Shown here: positions 11,449-19,723 of the stretch, piece after piece
How the letters are laid out: each line of letters opens with the position of its first letter
Numbering within the stretch: the stretch's first letter is position 1
NCBI GenBank assembly: GCA_030745695.1
Contig: JASLOB010000001.1
Span: 936 to 64,935 of the forward strand
Reading direction: 5' to 3'
Length of the DNA: 64,000 bases
Origin: Candidatus Nanoarchaeia archaeon
Lineage (GTDB): Archaea > Nanobdellota > Nanobdellia > SCGC-AAA011-G17 > JACPNG01
Position numbers and translations under genes: made by a program
Notes under the pieces: model-generated
Told to the model about the DNA's origin: nothing
What the model saw: only the letters and a program-made list of their open reading frames with translations
The model's database searches: none

Positions 11449-11474
11449 TTAATTTTAGAAAGTTGAAGAATATT

Positions 11475-11945
11475 TTAAGAAGAATCAGTACTACGATGAG
11501 GAAATAAAGCTTCCTTTTCTTTCCATTCTTTATTTATTTCTTCACTTGTCTTTATTCTTTCAATAAATTCAATGTAGATTTCCATTCCTTCCATCTCTCT
11601 TAATCTTTCAATTATTTGTTCTTTTCCTACTGAGAATTTTGTAAATCTAGTATAATCTTCAAGATGTCTATTAAAACCATAAGAACAAGGATTAAATAGA
11701 GGGATAGTTGTACTACCAATACCTCCAAAACTTGTTGGTTTCTCTAAATAAAAAGCATCTTTTTTAGTATGGTCACGATAACTAGCCCATTTAGTTAAAT
11801 AAGGAGGTTTGTCTTTACTTTCCATAAGAATTAAATCTCCAAGTTGTGCAGCCCTAGTTTGTACAAGTGGTTCAGTCATAGGACATACAAATTCTGGATA
11901 ATGTCTATCCCTATCTGGATTTAATCTCGTTTTATCAATTACCAT
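11475..11945 (-). CDS. hypothetical protein (156 aa)
   Basis: ORF on the strand opposite its neighbours; I recognise no motif in it. Confidence 0.4.
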   Translation of the reverse strand: MVIDKTRLNPDRDRHYPEFVCPMTEPLVQTRAAQLGDLILMESKDKPPYLTKWASYRDHTKKDAFYLEKPTSFGGIGSTTIPLFNPCSYGFNRHLEDYTRFTKFSVGKEQIIERLREMEGMEIYIEFIERIKTSEEINKEWKEKEALFPHRSTDSS

Positions 11946-12110
11946 ATTAATATAAGTATTCCACTATTTATAAAACTTACTATTTGTTATTACTCAATAG
12001 CAATTAATTATCCTCAGTCTAAACATTATGGAGATTAAAACGAAAATATATTAAATGTTCTAGTTGTTATAAAATGAAATTTCAAAAAATAAAAAGAATA
12101 ACAAATAAAA

Positions 12111-12758
12111 ATGAAAATGTTAGAAAAAACCCCAATTAATGCTTCCTGGCTTGGATCTCATGAATATTGTGAGTGGAAGTGGTATCTAGAAAATGTACTA
12201 AAAGAGAAAGTTCCAATAACACAATCAATGATTGTTGGAAAAAATATTCATCAAGAAAAAGAAGATAAATTTAAAGAAGTTGCTGTTCCAACTACACCTG
12301 AAGAATTTCTAAAATCTAAAGTTTATACAATAACTAAAGAGATGTATCTAAAAGAAGAATTTGATGATTTTATTTTAAAAGGAAAGATAGATGAATTAGG
12401 GGTTGATACAAATAATTTATATGTTATTGATGATAAACCAAGAGCAAAACCCTATCTAGGAGTTAAAAGACAGATATGGGCTTATTGTATTTTAATAAAA
12501 GAATTTGTAAATAAAAATTATCCTGAACATTCTAATAAAAAAGTTTTAGCAATTTTAAGAGATAGAGATTCTAATGTAGAAATATGGAAGGAAGAGTTTA
12601 ATGAAGAAAATCTTAATGAAGTTTTTAGTGTAATCAATAGAATGTTGTTATTATTTAAAAAAGAGATTAATCCTGAACATAATAATTATTCATATAAATG
12701 TAAGGCTTGTGTTTTACATAAAAAGAATCAATTGTTATCTCATTTGATAAAGGCATAG
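12111..12758 (+). CDS. Cas4-like/RecB-family PD-(D/E)xK nuclease (DUF83-like) with a 4-Cys cluster
   Basis: One N-terminal Cys (EYCEWKW) and three C-terminal Cys (YKCKACV) are present. The core reads GKIDEL...YVIDDK. Confidence 0.55.
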   Translation: MKMLEKTPINASWLGSHEYCEWKWYLENVLKEKVPITQSMIVGKNIHQEKEDKFKEVAVPTTPEEFLKSKVYTITKEMYLKEEFDDFILKGKIDELGVDTNNLYVIDDKPRAKPYLGVKRQIWAYCILIKEFVNKNYPEHSNKKVLAILRDRDSNVEIWKEEFNEENLNEVFSVINRMLLLFKKEINPEHNNYSYKCKACVLHKKNQLLSHLIKA

Positions 12759-13309
12759 GTTCTGGATCTGGAAGGAGTATCTCAGAATTTCACATCTTAA
12801 AATCTTTAGATTATTGCAAAGATTTGCTAATTAACTATGGTGGGCATAAACAAGCAATAGGGATGAAAATTAGTATTAAAAGAATAGGTAAGTTTAGGAA
12901 TAAAATAAATGATTATGCAAAGGATAAACTAAAACCATCAGATCTAATTCCTAAGATAAAAGTTGATGCTCTTCTTTCTTTTGAGGATATAAATTTAAAT
13001 TTAGTTAAAGAAATTGATTCATTAAGCCCTTTTGGTGTGGGGAATCCTTCACCAAAGATATGTTCTCTCAATCTAAAGTTAGAAGATGATCCATTTATTC
13101 TAAAAGAGAGGCATATAAAACTTAGATTAGGAAATAATCTAAAAGTTTTAGAATGTATTGGATTTGAGATGATTAGTTTTTTTGATGAAATAATGAAGAA
13201 CATAGATAAGATTAATATAGTTTATTCTCCAGAAATAAATGTATGGAATGGGGTAGAACAAATAATATTAAATTTAAAAGATATTAAAGGTGGAAAGATT
13301 GAAATTTAG
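12722..13309 (+). pseudogene. C-terminal fragment of a RecJ-like DHH/DHHA1 phosphoesterase (N-terminal DHH domain missing)
   Basis: It carries the DHHA1 GGH..A.G motif (NYGGHKQAIGM) and the RecJ C-terminal SPFGVGNPSP motif. The frame is open from 12722 and overlaps the end of the Cas4-like gene. It has no ATG; the track start at 12824 is a TTG. Confidence 0.5.
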
Positions 13310-13402
13310 ATAATCCATTATTACTTTTAAGTGAATTCTACTAAAAAATATAAGTCTATAAATACTTTAAAGACTTCTTACTAAAAAAAGGAGGTTTCTA
13401 AG

Positions 13403-13747
13403 ATGCATGAAGTACAAAGAATAGCATTACAAAATATGTTAGAAAATTTAAAAGAAGGAAAAGAGATACATACAGAAACTATGATCTTCGTTTTAGAAGC
13501 TGCTCTACAAGAGGAGTTTGAATACGAGGATGTTAAATATAAAGAGTTTGAGATGGAAGATGTATTCAATAGGGTATTAAGAGGAAAAAATTCACTATCT
13601 GAAGAAAAAATACATCTAAAGTCTATAAGAAAAGCTGAAAATCATATTAATGTATTAAGAGAAGGGTTAGATGATTTATACAAACAAATTAATTCATTAA
13701 ATGTTGATTTAGATAGGAAAGAAAGAGTAAAAAGAGCTCTTTCTTAG
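13403..13747 (+). CDS. hypothetical coiled-coil protein (114 aa)
   Basis: SD aaggaggt upstream; ORF only. Confidence 0.4.
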   Translation: MHEVQRIALQNMLENLKEGKEIHTETMIFVLEAALQEEFEYEDVKYKEFEMEDVFNRVLRGKNSLSEEKIHLKSIRKAENHINVLREGLDDLYKQINSLNVDLDRKERVKRALS

Positions 13748-13772
13748 TTAGAATTAGAAGATCAATGTTAAT

Positions 13773-14087
13773 ATGGAAAAATGGAAAAAGATTCATTGTG
13801 ATCTTTGTAAAAAGATAGCTGGAAAGATACGTCCTGTATGTGAAGGTATCAATGAAATTAGTAAATCTCAAGCTAATATACAATATTTTCATTCTAAAAA
13901 GAAGATATATAAAATTCTCTACTTTTGTAGTGTTTTTTGTGCTTTAAAAAAATATTTTGAAATAAATAAAAAAAAATGGGATGAAATCCTACTTGGTTTC
14001 CATCTTCCAGATAAATCTAAATTTTATTATACTTTAGAACATAAAAACAATAGAGATATAATAAAAAGAGAAAGTATGATTATTTAA
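13773..14087 (+). CDS. hypothetical Cys-rich (zinc-finger-like) protein (104 aa)
   Basis: Cys pairs CDLC...CEG and a later pair CSVFC suggest a zinc finger. Confidence 0.35.
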   Translation: MEKWKKIHCDLCKKIAGKIRPVCEGINEISKSQANIQYFHSKKKIYKILYFCSVFCALKKYFEINKKKWDEILLGFHLPDKSKFYYTLEHKNNRDIIKRESMII

Positions 14088-14211
14088 TATTAAATATTCT
14101 GGATCTTTTAACAATCCCTTTTCTATACAAAAACATTGCGATCATAATACCTAACCCAATACCTGTTATCAGACCGCCAATTGTAAACCAAATGTATTCA
14201 TTCATTTTTCA

Positions 14212-14877
14212 TCAAGATATCATCAATAAACAGATAGCATCTGCTTTTACTGCTGCTGGAGGTACTTTTGTAGCAAGTAGTGTTATCGCTCCAACTGCCA
14301 AACATCCTACATCTGCAAGTTCTCTTGGACCAAGTCCTGATTTAGGGATAGCATATTCTATACTACAATCTACCCCACTCCCCTTACAGAATTCTTTAAA
14401 TGCATTCTCTTGAGGAGGTCTTTTAGCACCAGGACTGGTCTTAGCATCAATGATTTTTAATTTAGTTATCTCCCCATTTTTTTGAAAAACTTCTAAAAAA
14501 TCAGGTTCTTTTTTGAAAGTTCGTTCAAAATTTACCCTTATAAAATCCCTAGTACTCTTTCCACCCCTCACAACTGCATCATCACAAACCATAGCAAATA
14601 AATCATGAGCAACAGTTTTATGTTTAGCCATTCTTTCGGCTATTTCTATTTTAGTGCCAACCCCATCAAATCCTAAATTCATATAAGTATCATCTGGTAG
14701 CCCTCAAACATTCACTGCTCTAAGGCCTGAAAAATCAGAAAAGATTTCAACAACTTCCCCAAGATTTCCTTTTCTATTTTTCCAAGTAAGTTTAGCTGCT
14801 TCATAAAGAACTTTTGATGCATCATCACCAAGTTTGATATTTACTCCAGAATTTTCATAATTTGATCTTTCTTGCAT
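14212..14877 (-). pseudogene. purM: purM (AIR synthetase) N-terminal half remnant with an in-frame TGA at 14704..14706
   Basis: The PurM N-domain signatures YENSGVNIKLGDDA and LGFDGVGTK...DLFAMVCDDAVVRGG...DVGCLAVGAI are present. A TGA interrupts the frame 57 codons after the ATG. The remnant ends where the 7710 fragment begins in a PurM alignment. Confidence 0.7.
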
Positions 14878-14928
14878 TTGTTAAATTTCTTTTTTTATTC
14901 TACTATTTCTTTTTACTCTTGCTCTTGT

Positions 14929-15219
14929 TCAATTTTCTATTTCAGAAAGACGTTCTTCTATAGTCTCTTTAATGCTTAATAAGATCTCCCTATCAGCCCC
15001 ATCAATTATAATTGAATCACTACACGTTTCTATCTCAACTCTACTTCCACGAGCAATAGATATCCCTTGAGTACAAAATGCTTTATGTGCACTAACACTT
15101 GTTTGTGCTATAACATAACCTTCATTTTCATTATTTCCTTCAGATCCATTATAATCATAATTGCGATCTGACTCACCTTTCCTAAGAATTCTATAAACTG
15201 GGAAATTAATCTCTAACAT
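14929..15219 (-). CDS. hypothetical protein (96 aa)
   Basis: ORF only. Confidence 0.35.
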   Translation of the reverse strand: MLEINFPVYRILRKGESDRNYDYNGSEGNNENEGYVIAQTSVSAHKAFCTQGISIARGSRVEIETCSDSIIIDGADREILLSIKETIEERLSEIEN

Positions 15220-15283
15220 TTTTCTTTATTACTATAAATTTTAGAAGAAGTGACAAACTTATAAAACTTTCTAAATTATTTAA

Positions 15284-16057
15284 TTATCCTGTAAATAATC
15301 TTCCAGTTACTAATTTTTTAAAGAAATTTTTAACTTTAGATAAAAAATTTGTTTTTTCTTGGATTACTTCTTTAGTTTGATCTTTAACTTCTTCTTTAAT
15401 CTCTTCTTTTATTTGTTGAGGTTCTTCTTTAATTTCTTCTACTACTTCAACTTCTTCTACTACTTCAATCTCTTCTTGAACTCCACAACCAGAAATATCT
15501 TCATTAAAACATGTTCCATCTTCACAATAATCTTTTGTGCATTCTTCATTATCTTCACATTGAGAGGTTTTAATACAAAAAAATTGATGATAGCATTTTT
15601 TCTTTTTACAAGTATCTTCTGTAATAGAATCTTTATCATCACAATCTACATCCTCTTTACATTCTGGAATTATAATCAATTTACATTGTTCATTACTACA
15701 TTCATATCCTGATTTACATCCACAATCTGAACAACAATTATTTTTTTCTACATCATCACATTTATCATCTCCACATATATAGATTGAAGAAGCAGATATA
15801 TCTGCATAATTAATTTCATCGTCACCAGCATAAAAAATTTCTAAAACTTCTATCTCTAATCCATTAACAATTTTAGTTTCAAATTCATTTAAAATAGCAC
15901 CTTGGCCATCGACATCTATTTTTATTGAGTTAGGACTAACACCATTTAAAGTTAGATTACTATTACTAACAACCATATTTTCATTTGTCTTTAATTTATC
16001 AGCTAAGGATATATTAGCAAGGATTAATATCATTAATATAAGAATTATCCACCTCAT
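15284..16057 (-). CDS. secreted Cys-rich protein with acidic EEVEVVEEIKEE repeats (257 aa)
   Basis: It has an N-terminal signal peptide, dense Cys clusters (CCSDCGCKSGYEC...) and a C-terminal Glu/Val/Ile/Lys repeat. Confidence 0.55.
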   Translation of the reverse strand: MRWIILILMILILANISLADKLKTNENMVVSNSNLTLNGVSPNSIKIDVDGQGAILNEFETKIVNGLEIEVLEIFYAGDDEINYADISASSIYICGDDKCDDVEKNNCCSDCGCKSGYECSNEQCKLIIIPECKEDVDCDDKDSITEDTCKKKKCYHQFFCIKTSQCEDNEECTKDYCEDGTCFNEDISGCGVQEEIEVVEEVEVVEEIKEEPQQIKEEIKEEVKDQTKEVIQEKTNFLSKVKNFFKKLVTGRLFTG

Positions 16058-16133
16058 TTTATTATGAATATTAACTTATTTTTAATGTTTTCTAAAACAA
16101 AAGATTTTTATACTAATCTAATCACAAACTAAA

Positions 16134-16304
16134 ATGGCAGATGAAAAAATACAAATGCCTTCTTCAGGAGGAGGATTAGTAAGATATTTTGAAGATTATA
16201 AAAGTAAATTACAATTTAAACCTCATTATGTTATTGCTTTCATACTAATAGTTGTAATAATAGAATTGATTCTTTTTAGGGTTGGTTCCAGATTTTTAAG
16301 TTAA
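16134..16304 (+). CDS. secG: preprotein translocase Sec61 beta subunit (56 aa; not in the ORF track)
   Basis: MADEKIQMPSSGGGLVRYFEDY... followed by a single C-terminal TM segment matches the archaeal Sec-beta signature. It sits immediately upstream of NAC. Confidence 0.65.
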   Translation: MADEKIQMPSSGGGLVRYFEDYKSKLQFKPHYVIAFILIVVIIELILFRVGSRFLS

Positions 16305-16305
16305 A

Positions 16306-16632
16306 ATGTTTCCAAACGTAAATCCAAAACAATTAGAAAAAGCTATGAAAAAGCTTGGAGTAAAACAAGAAGATATAGAAGCTTCTGAAGTTTTAATAAA
16401 AACAAAAGATAAAGATTTAGTAATAAGAAACCCAAATGTAGTTAAAGTAAACATGATGGGTCAAGAAACATTTCAAATTACTGGAGATATAGAAGAACAA
16501 GAAAAAGAATTGTTCAATGAAGAAGATGTTAAAACTGTAATGGAACAAACTAACTGTTCTAAAGAAGAAGCAATTGAAGCTTTAGAAAAAGAAAAAGATT
16601 TGGCTGCAGCAATCTTATCTTTAAATCAATAA
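16306..16632 (+). CDS. nac: nascent polypeptide-associated complex protein (archaeal NAC alpha with C-terminal UBA)
   Basis: A NAC domain (MMGQETFQITG) is followed by a UBA-like C-terminus (CSKEEAIEALEKEKDLAAAI). Confidence 0.8.
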   Translation: MFPNVNPKQLEKAMKKLGVKQEDIEASEVLIKTKDKDLVIRNPNVVKVNMMGQETFQITGDIEEQEKELFNEEDVKTVMEQTNCSKEEAIEALEKEKDLAAAILSLNQ

Positions 16633-16662
16633 TATTTATATATTTTCCAACTATGAATATAT

Positions 16663-17154
16663 ATGGAAGTTTTAAGGAGTTTAATAAAAGAAGCAAATAT
16701 GTTATTTAACACAGCAGATCATTTAACTTACATAACTTATCCTACAGTAAGAGAAAATAAATTAATGATAACAATAATTGAAAATTTATACAATTCATTA
16801 TCAAAAGGAATGGACGCAATTTTATATTATGACAGAATGTATAAAAGAATTTCTCCTTTCTCTGATAACTTTAATGTGAAACTAGAAGTTTTTAAAACAA
16901 AATGTGCTCCAAGGTATAATATAGATAGAGAATTTGTTTTATTAATCAATGATTTAAAACAGATTGTAGATCATAGAAAAACATCTCCAATTGAATTTAG
17001 TAGAAATGATAGATATATTATATGTAGTGAAGATTATAGGATGAAATCATTAACAATAGAAAAACTAAAAGAATATCTAGCCAAATCAAAAACATTTATA
17101 GGGAAGTTAAACAATATTTTTAGAGAACATGATAGAAGAATCAGACAGTATTGA
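16663..17154 (+). CDS. hypothetical protein, paralog A (163 aa)
   Basis: It shares the N-terminal ADHLxY(I/V)T motif and overall pattern with the downstream ORF. Confidence 0.45.
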   Translation: MEVLRSLIKEANMLFNTADHLTYITYPTVRENKLMITIIENLYNSLSKGMDAILYYDRMYKRISPFSDNFNVKLEVFKTKCAPRYNIDREFVLLINDLKQIVDHRKTSPIEFSRNDRYIICSEDYRMKSLTIEKLKEYLAKSKTFIGKLNNIFREHDRRIRQY

Positions 17155-17575
17155 AGATGCTCAATCTCAACTAAAGAGAGCAGACCATTTGTTATATGTA
17201 ACATTAAAGTATACAAGAACGGTTGATGTAATTAAGAGTATAATAAAAAGATTCATATCTGCGTTTGATCATTCTGTTGAAGAAATGCTAGAAAAGTCTA
17301 AAGATAAGAAAAGAATTAAAACTATTCCTAAATCCCCTATTGAAAAAATTGAATTAATTAAAAAAATAGTTAAAACTAAAGAAATGAGAGATTATATAAA
17401 GTTCTATTATTTACTTAGAACAATAGATAAAGCTACATTTAAACCAAGAGAAGAGTATAGAAAGCATGTAACATTAGTAACGCCAAAACATGAAGTAGAT
17501 GTAGAAAAGATAAAAGAATTCTATGAAAAAACAAAAGAATTTGTAGGATTCTCACATGAATTCAAAGGAAGATGA
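17129..17575 (+). CDS. hypothetical protein, paralog B (148 aa)
   Basis: Tandem paralog of 16663..17154. Its start overlaps the upstream gene and its stop overlaps the MinD-like start. Confidence 0.45.
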   Translation: MIEESDSIEDAQSQLKRADHLLYVTLKYTRTVDVIKSIIKRFISAFDHSVEEMLEKSKDKKRIKTIPKSPIEKIELIKKIVKTKEMRDYIKFYYLLRTIDKATFKPREEYRKHVTLVTPKHEVDVEKIKEFYEKTKEFVGFSHEFKGR

Positions 17576-18345
17576 CAAGATACATTACATGTATATCTGG
17601 AAAAGGAGGAGTGGGTAAAAGTACTACTTCTATCAACTTAGGGGCAGCATTTACTTATTTTGGTAAGGATACCACAGTTGTTGATGCAAATTTGACCACA
17701 CCCAATGTAGGTGTTCATCTAGGAGTTCCAATTGTTCCAATTAATTTAAATCATGCTTTACAAGGAAAGAATCATATAAGTGAAGCAGTTTATTTACATC
17801 CTGTTGGAACAAAAATTGTTCCTGCTGGAATCTCAATTAATGAGATGAAAAATACAAATCCTGGAAATTTAAGAAGGGTTCTAAGAGGATTGTTGGGCAC
17901 AACTGATTTAGTTTTGATAGATTCTGCAGCAGGGTTAGGAAGAGAAGCGTTACTAGCAATTGAATCTGGAGATGAGATATTAATTGTTACAAATCCAGAA
18001 CTTCCTGCAATAACAGATGCACTAAAAACAATTAAAGTAGCAGAAGAATTAGGAAAAAAAGTAACTGGAGTAGTGTTAACTAGAACTAAAGAAGAAAGAG
18101 GAGATTTATCTGTAAAAAATATAGAAATTATGCTTGATAAAAAAGTTGTTGGTGAAATTCCAGAAGATGAATCTATAAGGGAAGCATTAATAATGAAAGA
18201 TGTTGTAGTTTATACTCACCCTAAAAGTAATGCTGCAGTAAGTTATAAAAAATTAGCAGCTGCATTATTAAATAGAGAGTATGAAGAAGAAATTGAAGAA
18301 GGAACATTTAAAAAATTATTAAGAAAGTTAAAATTGGTTAGATAA
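17572..18345 (+). CDS. minD: MinD/ParA-family P-loop ATPase
   Basis: It has the deviant Walker A SGKGGVGKST and MinD-like length and motifs. Confidence 0.75.
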   Translation: MTRYITCISGKGGVGKSTTSINLGAAFTYFGKDTTVVDANLTTPNVGVHLGVPIVPINLNHALQGKNHISEAVYLHPVGTKIVPAGISINEMKNTNPGNLRRVLRGLLGTTDLVLIDSAAGLGREALLAIESGDEILIVTNPELPAITDALKTIKVAEELGKKVTGVVLTRTKEERGDLSVKNIEIMLDKKVVGEIPEDESIREALIMKDVVVYTHPKSNAAVSYKKLAAALLNREYEEEIEEGTFKKLLRKLKLVR

Positions 18346-18376
18346 GTTTTATAAATCTTTATTCTAAAAAATTAAA

Positions 18377-19303
18377 ATGGTATGTAAAAATTGTAGTCTC
18401 AAACCAGTAATTGAACTAACAAATAATAATGTAAAATTATGTAAATCATGTTTTGTTAAATACTTTGAAAAAAAAGCATTTAGAACAATATCAAAATATA
18501 ATTTAATAGATAGTAAAGATGTAATAGGTGTTGCAGTTTCTGGAGGAAAAGATTCTTTTGCTGTATTAAATATTATCAGTTTATTAGCTAATAAAAAAAG
18601 AGATATTAAAGTTAAAGTGATAGCAATAGATGAAGGAATACAAAATTATAGAGATTTAAATTTATTAAAAAAATATTGTAAAGAAAATGATTTAGATTTG
18701 AATATTTATTCTTTTAAAAAAGAATTTGGAATGTCTTTAGATATCATCAAAGATAAAATCCATTTAAAACCATGTAGTGCTTGTGGTGTATTGAGAAGAC
18801 TTTTATTAAACTCAAAAGCTAGAGAATTAAAAGTTGATAAATTAGCTACAGGTCATAATTTAGATGATGAAGCACAAAATGTTTTAATGAATTTATTTAG
18901 AGGAAATTTAGAAAGATCAGCTCGTCTTGGTCCAACAACTGGAGTTAGAAAAGATAAAAAATTCATCCCAAGAATAAAACCATTATACTTTTTAATGGAA
19001 AAAGAAGTTGCGACTTATTCATTTATAAAAAAATTCCCAGTAGATTTTAATGAATGCCCTAATTCTAAAAAATCTTATAGATCTGAAGTAAGAATGTTAT
19101 TAAATAACTTCGAACAGAAGCAAAATGGAACTAAAAATGCTATAATCAACTCATTTATAGAAGAACTCCCATTATTAAAGAAAAAATTTGAAAATGCTGA
19201 AATAAGATCATGTAAAAATTGTGGGGAACCATGTTCTAGCGATATATGTAAAGCATGTGAACTAATTGAAACAATCAAAACAAAACCTTTAAAAAAAATA
19301 TAA
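18377..19303 (+). CDS. ncsA: tRNA thiolation PP-loop ATPase (Ncs6/Ctu1/TtuA family) with N- and C-terminal zinc fingers
   Basis: The PP-loop SGGKDS is present, with CxxC pairs at both termini. Confidence 0.7.
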   Translation: MVCKNCSLKPVIELTNNNVKLCKSCFVKYFEKKAFRTISKYNLIDSKDVIGVAVSGGKDSFAVLNIISLLANKKRDIKVKVIAIDEGIQNYRDLNLLKKYCKENDLDLNIYSFKKEFGMSLDIIKDKIHLKPCSACGVLRRLLLNSKARELKVDKLATGHNLDDEAQNVLMNLFRGNLERSARLGPTTGVRKDKKFIPRIKPLYFLMEKEVATYSFIKKFPVDFNECPNSKKSYRSEVRMLLNNFEQKQNGTKNAIINSFIEELPLLKKKFENAEIRSCKNCGEPCSSDICKACELIETIKTKPLKKI

Positions 19304-19316
19304 ACTTAGCATTATT

Positions 19317-19721
19317 ATGGAGTTGATAACAAAAAAATATTTTAAAATAGAAGAAGCTAACTCTTTAATCCCAAAACTTTCTAAAATACTAATTCAAATA
19401 ATGAAAATTAATAACCATCTTAGTATGATCAATTCCATTTCAGTTGATTATGAAGATGAATTAAAATCAATTAAAAATGATATTTCTGTGAATAAAAATT
19501 TTCATAGATTATACTATAATTTATACAAAAAGATAGAAATGCTTACTAATCTAGGTTGTATTGTAAAAGATGCAGATTTGGGCATAGTTGATTTTTATTC
19601 TATGTTAGAAGGAAGAGAGATCTTATTATGTTGGAAGTTAGGTGAAAAAGAGATTAAATTTTGGCATTATGCTGATGAAAGTTATGCTGGAAGAAAATCT
19701 ATTGATATGTTAAAAGAATAA
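19317..19721 (+). CDS. DUF2203-like hypothetical protein
   Basis: The C-terminal pattern GCIVKDADLGIVDF...LLCWKLGE..FWH resembles DUF2203. Confidence 0.4.
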   Translation: MELITKKYFKIEEANSLIPKLSKILIQIMKINNHLSMINSISVDYEDELKSIKNDISVNKNFHRLYYNLYKKIEMLTNLGCIVKDADLGIVDFYSMLEGREILLCWKLGEKEIKFWHYADESYAGRKSIDMLKE

Positions 19722-19723
19722 AA

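Noticed and set aside
14192-14413. 73-aa + strand ORF
   Set aside because: It is antisense to the purM N-terminal remnant with no motifs. I do note a possible 41-aa single-TM minus-strand peptide (MNEYIWFTIGGLITGIGLGIM…) at 14098..14209 just downstream of the remnant.
14704-14706. Possibility that the in-frame TGA (and the TAA at 7147) in purM reflect an alternative genetic code or recoding
   Set aside because: rpoA1 (47853) and rps12 (45622) end in TGA with ATGA start overlaps at their conserved C-termini. TAA ends rpoB1, rpoB2 and htrA, and TAG ends the 3500..4762 gene. All three codons are therefore ordinary stops, and the purM stops are premature.
15359-15712. 117-aa + strand ORF
   Set aside because: It is antisense to the Cys-rich gene and made of F/N/I-rich low complexity, so it is spurious.
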